The notes under the pieces are model-generated. The model saw only the letters and a program-made list of their open reading frames with translations. It searched no databases and was not told the origin of the DNA. From assembly GCA_016711505.1 (NCBI GenBank), contig JADJSV010000002.1, positions 199,674-263,673 on the forward strand: a stretch of 64,000 nucleotides of DNA. Reading direction: 5' to 3'. A program made the position numbers and the translations under genes. This DNA comes from Bacteroidota bacterium. Its GTDB lineage: Bacteria; Bacteroidota; Bacteroidia; AKYH767-A; 2013-40CM-41-45. Shown in pieces: positions 33,161 to 43,444 of the stretch; positions within the stretch are counted from its first letter, which is position 1; each line of letters begins with the position of its first letter.

Positions 33161-33900
33161 ATGAATAAACTTCCGGCAATCACACTTTCATTTTGGATAA
33201 TGAAAATTTGTGCAACCACGCTTGGCGAAACCGCAGGCGATTTACTTTCCATGACAATGAATGTTGGCTATGCAGTTAGTTCAGCAATTCTTTTGAGTTT
33301 CTTTTTTGCAACGCTTATTGTTCAACTTTCCAGTAAAATGTTCCACCCAATTATCTATTGGTCAGTTATTCTTGCGACAAGCACGGCAGGGACAACTATG
33401 AGCGATTATATGGACAGGACTTTAGGTTTAGGCTATGCAACAGGTTCTTTGATTTTAGTTTCCCTCTTAGTTACGACACTCATAATTTGGAAAATAACAG
33501 AAAAGTCTTTGTCGGTAACAAACATTAGATCAATTCGAGGTGAAGTGTTTTACTGGACAGCAATTTTATTCTCCAATACTTTGGGAACAGCGCTAGGCGA
33601 TTTTCTTGCAGATAATTCCGGTCTTGGTTTTGCAGGTGGAGCACTTCTAATTGGCAGTTTACTAGCCCTAATTGTTTTGGCTTACTACTTTAGTAAAGTA
33701 TCTCATGTGATTTTTGTTTTGGTTAGCATTTGTTCTTACAAGACCATTTGGTGCAACCTTTGGCGATTTGCTGACGAAGACACAAGACAAAGGCGGATTA
33801 AATTTCGGGACGCTTGGGTCATCCATAATTTTATTCACGATACTTGCAGTGTTAGTTATAAATTCAATTATCAAATTAAAAAGAATCAAGGCCTGCTTGA
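33161..33900 (+). CDS. Hypothetical membrane protein with three tandem 2-TM repeats, each carrying a T/LGxxxGD motif (possibly a DUF347-like repeat protein). There is a frameshift near 33700.
   Basis: TTLGETAGDLLS, NTLGTALGDFLAD and RPFGATFGDLLTK. The last repeat is in a second frame (33714-34040). The 3' end is uncertain. Confidence 0.35.
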
Positions 33901-34288
33901 CCCACTATCTTATATTGGCTGCTTTTCCGCCTGAAAGAAGAGCAGCCGATATAAAAAAAGAATTTAGCACAGGTTCCGTGCGTAGTAGATGCTTTTGTGA
34001 AAATCAAAAATTACAAATTCAATTATTCTATTTGGCATAAAATGATTTTCAAAAAAACTATCTAAATGCATCTGTGTAACTTCACCTTCTTGTAAATAGT
34101 GAAATTACCGGTTGTTTTACTTCTGTAATTTTTTAAGTCGATTAGTAGTAATTTTATATTGATGTTCTATATTCGAAATTAGTTCAATGGTTCTATTACA
34201 AATTCGACCATTGTTATCTAAAAAATATTTGAAGCATACTTCGTATATATTTCTATCAATTCTGAAGTTAAATAACTGTAGTTTTCAA

Positions 34289-37200
34289 ACGCACCCATCT
34301 ATTCTTTTCCAATAATATTGATTTCTGAATCGGTCAAAGTGTAAAGGTTATTTACAATATCGTCTATTTCCTTTTCAAGATGTTTGGTTTCAGCAAGTGG
34401 ATTTTCTTTCTTTATTAGTAATATTTTTAACGATAGGTTCTAATAAAGTATTTCTCACTTAAATCTTTAAAAACAGGCAGCTCCTTAAACTCTCCAATCT
34501 TGATCTTTGGAAATAATGCATCAAATTCATTACTCGAATATTTAAAATAAGTGGAAATTAATTTTGAACCAAGCAGGCCTTGAACTCCGTAAAAATACTT
34601 CTTATTTTCTTTATTCGGCGTAGCAATAAAAACACTTTGATCAATAATAAATTTCTCTTCAATTAATGTACAATTCAATTTTTCGCCACATTTGCCTCAT
34701 AATTAATCTCAATCCTTGAAAATATTTCATCTCACGAGGAGCGGCTAACCATTCACCATAACTGATATAATGTTTTTTATCCCAATTGTACGAATAACTA
34801 TTTACATGTTTTCCTCTTAATTCTGGAATGAAGCTGGATCTTTTTGTGATCAGAATGGTAAACCTTATTTTGATTACTTCCTCAGATTGGCCCCTATATT
34901 TATCTAAGGATTTACCCCTCGTGTTATTTCAGCAATGTCTTGTAACTTAATTGATTTTGCTCTAATCTTTTCTAATAATTTAAACACTTCATTCTGCGAT
35001 TCAACATCTATAACTAGTCTTTCATTTTCGCTAAACCGCTTCTGTTCTATGGAATGCTTAATAAATGGAACTTGATTTTTGAATGAGTATACTTTTACGT
35101 TGGAGTCTCCTTTGCCTTTTAAGGCAAGAAAAATTAATGTGTCGACCGAAGCTTCTTGGAATACACTTTCTAAATTTGGAAAAATTGATTGAATTTTGAC
35201 AGCATTTAAAATGTATTCTCTGCATTTTGTAAATGTGATATTTTTCAACCAAGAATTAGGTGTTATAAATGAGATCGATAGTTTTCTTTTAATATGGATA
35301 TCCCTTTTTCAATGAAGCTAACATATAAGTCAAGTTGGTATTGAGAAGTTATGTAATTGTCACTCAAATATTGAATGATGTTTTTATTAAATGACTTACT
35401 TGAAATGTAAGGTGGATTCCCTACAATAACATCAAACCTTCAAAACTCCCTTCATCGTCCAACACTTCAGGAAATTCAAACCTCCACTCAAAAGCATTCC
35501 GATAAATCGCATTGCTTTTGATATCTTCTATTATGGTTTCTTGTTTACTTATTTTCTCTGTAAGTTTTTTAACGTCGTCTTCAAATAGCTTTTTTTCTTT
35601 GCGCAGTTTTTTCAAATAGACCAGTTTGCATGGTTAAGTTAACAAGTTCGCCTTTCCATTTGGCAAGATCTTTAAACTCCTTGCTGTTATTATTTATCTC
35701 AATTCTAAAATCTGATTTAATTGAATTAATTATTTGTTCCAACCCGTTTTACTTCTTTATCATGGGCGTTCTTATAATCTTGAACAAATCCCTTTGTATT
35801 GATTGATGTTATATTTGATGCTTTTCAACGCCTTGCTTAAATCAGCATCTAATGCGAAACGACTTACAAGCGAGTTCCCGCATTTGATATTGATATCAAT
35901 GTTAGGAAGAGTTTCCAGTTCTTTGAATTTGCTTTCTTCGGTGAAATAAGCATTTTTAAGAAGTTCGATCCACAAACGTAAACGACAAATCTTTACCGAA
36001 TTTTGATTGATGTCAACACCGAATAAACAATTTTCAATGATGATTTGCTTTTCATGAAAAAGTGATTTCTGTACTCGCTGAATTTCTTTGTTAATGCTTC
36101 CATTGTTGACCTGATATTCAAAAATATCTTGTCCTTCGTTATAGGTAACAATTAATTCGTCGTTTTCAATTTCTATTTCATATCCCGATAAACGAACGCC
36201 TTTGTTATCTGCAAGAATTCCTAGCTCTGCCTTTATTGAAATGATCTCGTTTAAAGAAGAAACTAAAAAGTGACCGGAACCGACGGCGGGATCGCAAATG
36301 TGCATACCGTTTATTATGTCGTTGAATTCAAGAACCTCTTTAGCTGTTCTACGATCTGCCATGTAGTTTTTTAAATCTTCGAAAACTTCACAATTCCAAC
36401 CATAAGCATCCTTGAATTTCTGAACTACCGCCAAGCGAATAGATTCCCTGCACATGTACATGGTAATAAATCCCGGTGTAAAGATTGAACCGTCTTTATA
36501 GCCATTTATTTTTTCAAAGATCAAACCTAAGACAGAAGCATTAATTAATGTCTTACTGTCTTCTTGAATTTCCTCCGCACCTTCAGAAGCAAAATCATAA
36601 GCTTCAAGAAAATCGAAAAGGTATTGCAAGCTATTTAAGCTCTTTGCGATTGGTTTATTTTTTGCGTCACGCAATACCGTTCCGCTATATAGATCCAGTT
36701 GTTGAGAATCATCGAGGCTATTTATTTTGATCGTTTGATCTTCAAGTTCGCTGATTTCAAATAGCGAACTATTCAGATAAGGAATGCTACCGAATTTTTT
36801 ATTTATTATTTCATTCCGGTCAGACTGTCGTTTGGCCAATACTTGAAAGAAGAGTTTATACAACTCATCGTATTGCGGAATCTTTGTGTAATTTAAAAAC
36901 TTATACGATTGATCGCCTTTGTGGTATTTGATCAATTGCGCTTCCAGTAATTTTAAAAACAAGATCCTGTTGATCCACGTTATGCAAAGTTCTAATGACA
37001 GATTGAACAAGCGATCTTGTCTTGTATCACCATAACTACTCAAGTCCGGAACTTTGTGTAAACTATCTTCTAAATCAAGAATGGTAATCGCATTTTCAAG
37101 CAGCGATCCACCATCTCTTTTTCCTTCTTGCTTTCTGCGAATTAACTTCTTGCTACCTTCTTTTACTTCTTCTAACCCTATTATGTGCAACAATTCAGAA

Positions 37201-37955
37201 TAGAAACCTTTATCGAGTGAATTACTATCGTTAGCAAATTGAATTTTTAATAGATGTATAGGGCTGAAGATCTTATATAGCGCTATGAGTTTTGTATCAT
37301 CTGCCTTATCGTTATTCTTCAACGGTTTTTCATAATCGCGAATGTCAAACCAAGTAAAAAGAACATCTTCCTTTAATTCATCTAAGAATGGTTTTGCGAT
37401 TTCTTTGTAAAACAAATCGGTGTTGGTACTTACTTTTTGACCCCTTTCCCAATCAGTCAAGGCTTTGACTAGCTTAGCGTTTTTCGCAAACAATCGTTCA
37501 AAAACTGAGGCATCAAAAATAAACCATTCGTAAATATTGGTAATTACAAGATGTCGAATATCAATATTCTTTCCGGTGATCCTTTCGCGCAAATAGTAAA
37601 GGATGAGTTCATGCATGGCTTTGGCATTGAGATTTTGCCTTGACACCATGTCTGTCTTATTGGTTGGTCGCTTAACTTCAAACAAAACACCACTAGGTGC
37701 TTTTGCATCCTTGCCTGTATGAATAACAAAATCAGTCCGGCCTTTCGTAGCAACAAGATACTCTTGCTTGTACCAAGTCTCCTTTAGAAAATCCATCAAA
37801 TGAATTTTCACATTCTCTTCGCTTTCCTTTTCATCAATTTGTCCAAGCAACTTAATCAAGTTGCCTTTGACCGATTCAATGTCCGGGCGTTTTGGTTTTA
37901 CTAATCGATAAGCTTTATTGAGGGCCTTCTTTAGGCTAATTTCGTGCAAGGTCAT
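34289..37955 (-). pseudogene. Single-polypeptide Type IIG/IIL restriction-modification enzyme (MmeI/Eco57I-like: N-terminal PD-ExK nuclease, gamma-class N6-adenine MTase, C-terminal TRD). It is fragmented into at least 6 frames.
   Basis: The 727-aa ORF carries 'TDFVIHTG...VLFEVKRP' (PD-ExK), motif I 'DPAVGSGHFL' and 'NIKCGNSL'. Downstream fragments in other frames give 'FEWRFEFPEVLDDEG...FDVIVGNPPYI' (motif IV), 'FIPELRGKHVNSYSYNWDKKHYISYGEW' and 'QGLLGSKLISTYFKY...', and the tail 'LYTLTDSEINIIGKE'. Confidence 0.7.
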
Positions 37956-38488
37956 TTTTACTAAACACTTAGTTTGTAATCTTAAACTGGTTATATCTGA
38001 AAATTTTAGTTTTTTATTCTTTTTTTATAATTCACATCAGACGAAGTCAAATATATAGAAAATAAACCCAAAAAATGAATTTCCGGAAAAACCAGTACTT
38101 ATATTAAGTGATCGTCTTTAAGAATATAATCTTGCAAAATTAGTTGACGGAAAAGAATTTATAGGTTAAACCTATTTTGCAAGCTTATATTTGATTCGGA
38201 ACGTCATTTTGGTGATCGTAATTGAAATTGGAGATAACCAAACTAATTTTATTAACTACTTTACTTCTCGTTTTTTTTAACATCAATAATTTCCGCCTTA
38301 GGCTCCTTTATCCTAATGTTTTCGAACCCATATGGTTTAATAAGTTTATACACTCCTATGATTGCTAGGACAACAACTGCTGTACCAATGACAATTTGGA
38401 TTTTACTAAATTGTCTAGGATTGAACGGTACCGGAATCTGAGATATCGGTGTCCGTATAATTTTATAATATCAGAATAGTTTATCATT

Positions 38489-38947
38489 TTATATAGTTTT
38501 TTTGTGAATTAAAATTACGTCTGGTTTTACTAAGAAGGTTTCGTATTCCCCGTATACTACACACTGAATATTTAAGCGAGAATTAAATGGAAATCTATAA
38601 GTATATGCAGAGAAGTTGAAACCGAACTTTTGAAGTTCTTGGATCTGATAATGATTTCCTTCTGGTTTAAGCATTAAAGAATCTAGAATTTTTTTATTTG
38701 ATTCTAAAATATCTTTGGTTGCATCTTTATTATATTCTTCTTGTACCGGATGTGGCTGTTGCTTTTTTACTGCTCTATGAGTTGCATTATAAAAGTCCTG
38801 ATAACATTTGTTGGAACAATAATCTCTTCCTTTATTATAAACCATGTGAGGTTTTTTGCAAGCAGGGCAAACTCTATAGTTTGGTGAATCTGGATCTAGC
38901 TTTATTTGTCTAGAGTCCTTGTTAAACTTCTTATCGTCCATTTTCAA
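38489..38947 (-). CDS. Hypothetical protein with a zinc-ribbon-like CPACKK...C..KC motif
   Basis: ORF only. No family recognised. Confidence 0.3.
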   Translation of the reverse strand: MKMDDKKFNKDSRQIKLDPDSPNYRVCPACKKPHMVYNKGRDYCSNKCYQDFYNATHRAVKKQQPHPVQEEYNKDATKDILESNKKILDSLMLKPEGNHYQIQELQKFGFNFSAYTYRFPFNSRLNIQCVVYGEYETFLVKPDVILIHKKTI

Positions 38948-39242
38948 TTATTTCTTCTTTAGTTTTAATACGCTTTCCATTGATCCATTCTTCAATAATT
39001 TCAAGATCAAACATCAATACCTTTCCAACTTTTGAATGAGGAATGTATCGCTTATATACCCATCCATAGATAGTCGCTTTAGGCCAGCCATATAATTGAC
39101 ACAATTTTTCTATATTCACTTTCCTAGTTGATTCGGGGCGGTTAAAAGAATTAAGAATTGTAGAATCCAATTTATTTTGGATAATAGCTTCCAGTTGTTC
39201 TACACTGAGATCAATGATTCTAATATTCGAGTAGCCTGACAT
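38931..39242 (-). CDS. Helix-turn-helix DNA-binding protein, excisionase/AlpA (Xis)-like
   Basis: 'KLCQLYGWPKATIYGWVYKRYIPHSKVGKVLMFDLEIIEEWI' is a typical HTH_17/Xis domain of Bacteroidetes integrative elements. Confidence 0.6.
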   Translation of the reverse strand: MSGYSNIRIIDLSVEQLEAIIQNKLDSTILNSFNRPESTRKVNIEKLCQLYGWPKATIYGWVYKRYIPHSKVGKVLMFDLEIIEEWINGKRIKTKEEIIENGR

Positions 39243-39295
39243 GGCTCAAGATTAAGAACAATAAAAGGTCACAAAAAAGTACTTTTACAAGTACC

Positions 39296-40143
39296 TTAAA
39301 AATTTAACATTTCAATTAATCCTGGGATTGGCTTAGCAGTGGGCGCATTCGCAGATGAAATACTTTTATGAACATAATTTTCAGTTAGTTCGATTATCTC
39401 ATTTCTTTTCTGCCCTTTAAAATACCTGCAAATCCACGATTCTAAATTCTTCTTCGAATTCAAGATCAGATTTTTGTGGTGAAGTCTGTGGAATGCATCT
39501 AAAAGTTTGATGCAGGGTGCTTGAAAACTTAATGGATTTTCAATTGGATTCCCTTTCAAAAGCATTTCAAGGACTTCGTGTTCCTTAGAATCAAAATATG
39601 GTTTTAAAAGAGCATGAAATTTTGGAAGAAAATGTTCATTGATTGCAATTTCTTTAAAAACATAACTATCGACCTCGTTTTGGTCTTTGCTCCTTTTTGA
39701 ATCAACCCAATTCATTATTGCTTGTCTTCTTAAAATGCACTCATGAAAACAATTTTGCAGACTTTGTCATAAACTCCATATTGAATCATTCCAACAAACT
39801 CAATTTTATCTTTTGCATAATAATTTCCTTCAAACGCAGTAAAATGATAGTCTAAATAGGAATTGATTTTAAATACATCAATTATTGCAAGCTGAATCTG
39901 AAGAAACACGTGATACATAGTAGATCTTGGATCAATCAGAATGGGAAGCAATCTTTCCGTATTATGCTTATAAATAATTCCATTTGGTTCAGCATACAGA
40001 GGTCCTTGAAAATCTAAAATGCTAATCAAACTTTCACATTTGCTCTTCACTTTTAGATTGGTTGCTGAGGTAGATAATTCTAATAATCTCTTTCTTATTG
40101 ACGAGAGATTTAGATCATATATGTGAAATTCAATTTTGGCCAT
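39296..40143 (-). CDS. Hypothetical protein(s), island-borne. Two consecutive ORFs (39730-40143, 39296-39715) in different frames, possibly one ~276-aa frameshifted gene.
   Basis: ORFs are separated by 15 nt with a frame change. No motif recognised. Confidence 0.3.
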
Positions 40144-40230
40144 TATTAATATTTTATTGAAGAAAAGAAAAAAAATAGAGTTTAGAAAATCAAAAATGTT
40201 TAAACCATGTTTAAACCACCTTAAAAAGAA

Positions 40231-40257
40231 AAAGCCTCTACATCTCTGTAAAGGCTT
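40231..40257 (-). terminator. Imperfect hairpin plus T-run immediately 3' of the intact tRNA-Val. The island-borne sequence parallels the displaced terminator at 1572-1610.
   Basis: aagcctttacagagatgtagaggctt followed by ttttt on the minus strand. It resembles the 1599-1623 region. Confidence 0.35.
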
Positions 40258-40266
40258 GATTTCTAA

Positions 40267-40313
40267 AGTGTGGGAGCTACAGGGTTCGAACCTGTGACCC
40301 TCTGCTTGTAAGG
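40267..40313 (-). repeat. 47-bp direct repeat forming the 3' end of the intact tRNA-Val (tRNA-proximal att site)
   Basis: Identical to 1616-1662. Confidence 0.85.
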
Positions 40314-40345
40314 CAGATGCTCTGAACCAGCTGAGCTAAGCTCCC
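40271..40345 (-). tRNA. tRNA-Val, anticodon TAC
   Basis: Manual fold of GGGAGCT-TA-GCTC-AGCTGGTTCA-GAGC-A-TCTGC-CTTACAA-GCAGA-GGGTC-ACAGG-TTCGAAC-CCTGT-AGCTCCC-A. The anticodon loop is CTTACAA. Confidence 0.9.
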
Positions 40346-40558
40346 CTTTTCAAAGAAAAAAGCACTTTTTTTCTTTGGGATGGCAAATATAGAGGATTTT
40401 TTTCGCTGAACAAGAATTCAAATCGAAATAAGTGAAAAAATGTGGTCTTTTATGGGTTTTGGCTCATTTTGAAAGAGTTAATAATGGCATATGTTTTTAG
40501 TTTTTAAAAGGACAATATCTCATTTGAAATAAGCATATCCCAAAATGGAAAATAGTTT

Positions 40559-41458
40559 ATGAAGTATAACGTAAAATCTCTCTTCAAAATCTTTAAAACC
40601 GCCGCCAAAGAATGGTGGTCAAAAGATCCCTTCAAAGAAAGTGCTGTGATCGCTTACTACGCGATCTTCTCTTTGCCCGGATTGTTAGTGTTGATCTTAA
40701 CTGTTGCCGGATATTTATATGGTCAGGACGATATTAACAACAAATTATCTGATCAGATTGCATCAACGATGGGACAGGATACTGCTGTCCAGGTTAGTGA
40801 AATGATTGAAAAAGCGCGAGCGACCGGTAGTTCGGTCTGGGCAACCATTATTGGAATTGTAACAATTATTGTCGGAGCAACCGGAGTATTTGCACAATTT
40901 CAGAAATCGCTCAACATTATCTGGGAAGTAAAAGCAGACGAATCCAAATCAGGTATACTTTCGTTGATTAAAGTGCGGTTGTTTTCTTTTGGCTTAATTA
41001 TATCTGTCGCATTTATCCTCGTAATTTCTTTAGTTGTATCAACATTGCTTGCAGCATTTGGTGGTTGGTTGCAAAGTAATTTTTCAGAAACATTGCTAGT
41101 GATAGTGCAGATTCTGAATGTAATTATTTCACTTTCCATTCTTGCGTTAATTTTTTCACTAATGTTTAAATTTTTCCCTGATGCAAAAATAAAATGGCGC
41201 CATGTTTGGGTGGGTTCATTTGTAACAGCAATACTTTTTGAGTTGGGAAAATTCGGATTGAGTTTATATTTCGGAAAAGCCAGTCCTGAATCGGGATATG
41301 GAGCCGCAGGTTCAATTATATTAATTCTGCTTTGGGTGAGTTATTCATCCATGATCGTATTTCTCGGAGCTGAATTTACCAGAGCGTTTGCAAATTATTA
41401 TGACGGCGATATTCCTGCAGATAAAAATGCTGTTAAAGATAACGGCAGACAAAAATAA
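40559..41458 (+). CDS. YihY/BrkB (virulence factor BrkB) family membrane protein
   Basis: 299 aa, six TM helices, conserved 'AYYAIFSLPGLL...GAEF' pattern. Confidence 0.75.
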   Translation: MKYNVKSLFKIFKTAAKEWWSKDPFKESAVIAYYAIFSLPGLLVLILTVAGYLYGQDDINNKLSDQIASTMGQDTAVQVSEMIEKARATGSSVWATIIGIVTIIVGATGVFAQFQKSLNIIWEVKADESKSGILSLIKVRLFSFGLIISVAFILVISLVVSTLLAAFGGWLQSNFSETLLVIVQILNVIISLSILALIFSLMFKFFPDAKIKWRHVWVGSFVTAILFELGKFGLSLYFGKASPESGYGAAGSIILILLWVSYSSMIVFLGAEFTRAFANYYDGDIPADKNAVKDNGRQK

Positions 41459-41645
41459 TCAGCATCTGAAATACATAACAGTTGGCAATTAAGATAAAAA
41501 AATATTTTTTTTATCTTAATTGACCTTTGACCTTTAAGCCCTCATCACTTTGATTTTCAGCTTTTAATCACTACTTTTGCAAGCCTTTTAAAATAAGAAG
41601 TAGATTATTTGTTCAAAAAGGGCATATTTAAAACAAAGAGAAGAA

Positions 41646-42107
41646 ATGAAACGCATCATCGAAAGCCGTAAACTATTAAATGCCGATAAAACAACCGATC
41701 TGGCTAACCTTAAATTGATCTACAGAAATCTGATCAAAGAATGGCATCCTGATAAATTTCAGGATGGCGATGCGAAAAAAGAGGAAGCTGCGTTAACGAG
41801 TAAAAATATAATTGAAGCATACCATCTTTTAGTAAGTGTGAATCCTGAAACACATGCTTTGAATTCTGAATCGTATGCAAATACGATCAACAATTCAGGC
41901 ATTGATGATTTCACTTATAAAGGACAAACGCTGAAAGTTACTTTTCATGATGGTAGTGTGTATGAATATTTCGGTGTGCCGAATAATGTCTATACTAAAT
42001 TTCTGAATTCACCCGGACAGTCACGTTTTGCAAGACGACATATCTTTAATGAATATCTTCATAGAAATGTTATTAAAGCATCAGTTGCTGTTGAAGAACT
42101 GGTTTAA
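41646..42107 (+). CDS. J-domain (HPD motif) protein with a C-terminal KTSC domain
   Basis: 'LKLIYRNLIKEWHPDKFQD' is a DnaJ-like J domain. 'TLKVTFHDGSVYEYFGVPNNVYTKFLNSPGQSRFARRHI' is a KTSC domain. Confidence 0.55.
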   Translation: MKRIIESRKLLNADKTTDLANLKLIYRNLIKEWHPDKFQDGDAKKEEAALTSKNIIEAYHLLVSVNPETHALNSESYANTINNSGIDDFTYKGQTLKVTFHDGSVYEYFGVPNNVYTKFLNSPGQSRFARRHIFNEYLHRNVIKASVAVEELV

Positions 42108-42200
42108 TAATAAAATCGATTAAAGTGTTTAAGGGGTTTAAGATGTTTCAGGACATTTTAAGCCCCTTGACTTTATCTAACATGCAATAAATAAATCAAT

Positions 42201-43358
42201 ATGTCATTTTCCGATTTAGGAATCTCTTCCCGATTAATAAAGAAACTCTCTGAGCAAAATTACACTCAGCCTTATCCGATACAACGCGAAACAATTCCTG
42301 CGATATTGAGTGGAAAAGATATTTTGGGAATTTCTCCAACAGGTTCGGGAAAGACGGCGGGATATGTACTTCCAATTTTAATGAGCTTACATGAAAATGT
42401 TATTTCAAAAAACAGGCATGTCAAAGTACTCGTAATAGTTCCTACCCGTGAGTTAGCTATTCAGGTAAAAGAAGTATTTGAAACTTTTGGTTCTGCAATG
42501 ATGAATCCTGTTAAGTCACTTGCAGTTTATGGTGGTGTTTCCATCAATCCGCAAATGATGGCAATGAATAATGTCGATGTTTTAGTAGCGACACCGGGCC
42601 GATTACTGGAGCTTGTTGATTCAAATGCAGTTCATCTTTCTGAAGTGAATACACTCGTTCTTGATGAAGCTGATAAAATGCTGAATCAGGGTTTTGAAAT
42701 CGAGATGAACAGGATACTTGATCTATTGCCACGCAAGAGACAGAATCTTTTGTTCTCTGCAACATTAAGTGAAGATCTTGAACCGATCAAAAGAGTTTTG
42801 TTAAAAGACCCTGTGATCTGTAAGATCGCTAATGCTGAAAATACTGAAGAGAATTTTAATCTTGATCTTATTCGTCAGCTTGGATATTTTGTGAGTGAAG
42901 AAAGAAAAGGTCCATTGTTGCGATATCTAATTAAGAAGAATGAAATGAAACAAGTTCTTGTTTTCACTTCATCTGTTTTTGAAGCTGATAAAGTCACTGA
43001 CAAACTCCGCAAGAATGGTATCGATGCAGCAGCAATGCATAGCAAAAAAAGTCAGGGCGCGCGGACTGATGCTTTGTCACGATTTAAGGATGGGAAACTA
43101 AATGTTCTTGTCGCAACAGATCTGATCTCCCGCGGAATCGACATCGCTTTTTTACCACACGTGATCAACTACGAATTGCCGCGTTCACCGAAAGATTATG
43201 TTCACCGTATTGGTCGCACCGGCCGTGCAGAAAATCCCGGTGAAGCAATTACGTTTGTTACTCCTGCGGATTCACATCATTTCAGGGTAATTCAGAAAAA
43301 AATGGGGAAATGGGTGACAATGATCGATAGTGAACCGATCGACCTGTTAGGAAATTAG
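42201..43358 (+). CDS. DEAD-box ATP-dependent RNA helicase
   Basis: Q-motif, GSGKT (motif I), DEAD ('VLDEADKML'), SAT, HRIGRTGR. Confidence 0.9.
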   Translation: MSFSDLGISSRLIKKLSEQNYTQPYPIQRETIPAILSGKDILGISPTGSGKTAGYVLPILMSLHENVISKNRHVKVLVIVPTRELAIQVKEVFETFGSAMMNPVKSLAVYGGVSINPQMMAMNNVDVLVATPGRLLELVDSNAVHLSEVNTLVLDEADKMLNQGFEIEMNRILDLLPRKRQNLLFSATLSEDLEPIKRVLLKDPVICKIANAENTEENFNLDLIRQLGYFVSEERKGPLLRYLIKKNEMKQVLVFTSSVFEADKVTDKLRKNGIDAAAMHSKKSQGARTDALSRFKDGKLNVLVATDLISRGIDIAFLPHVINYELPRSPKDYVHRIGRTGRAENPGEAITFVTPADSHHFRVIQKKMGKWVTMIDSEPIDLLGN

Positions 43359-43444
43359 CATTATATTTTTTTATGCAGTCTAATATTGATTGAGGAAATC
43401 CAATATATTTGGTTTCGGTCTTTCATTTTTAAACTAAGCGGCTA

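Larger units (their letters stand above)
1616..40313. mobile_element. Integrated genomic island (~38.7 kb) at tRNA-Val. It carries an integrase plus an Xis-like gene, heavy-metal resistance cargo and a Type IIG RM gene. No conjugation genes are seen.
   Basis: Flanking 47-bp direct repeats of the tRNA 3' end. A tyrosine recombinase lies adjacent to the distal repeat and an HTH excisionase-like gene lies near the tRNA-proximal end. The cargo is typical of metal-resistance islands. Confidence 0.75.

Noticed and set aside
36548-37756. ORFs 36548-36730 (plus) and 37544-37756 (minus) within the Type IIG gene
   Set aside because: Antisense or out-of-frame within the larger RM reading frames.
38230-38460. 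Possible ~65-aa membrane protein on the minus strand (…QFSKIQIVIGTAVVVLAIIGVYKLIKPYGFENIRIKEPK…)
   Set aside because: There is no in-frame ATG, and the only Met (MINYSD...) is in another frame. It might be a frameshifted small gene but the evidence is insufficient.
1616-40313. Island is a conjugative element (ICE/CTn)
   Set aside because: No relaxase, coupling protein or tra-like genes are recognisable. Only an integrase, an Xis-like HTH protein and cargo are present, so I call it an integrative island.
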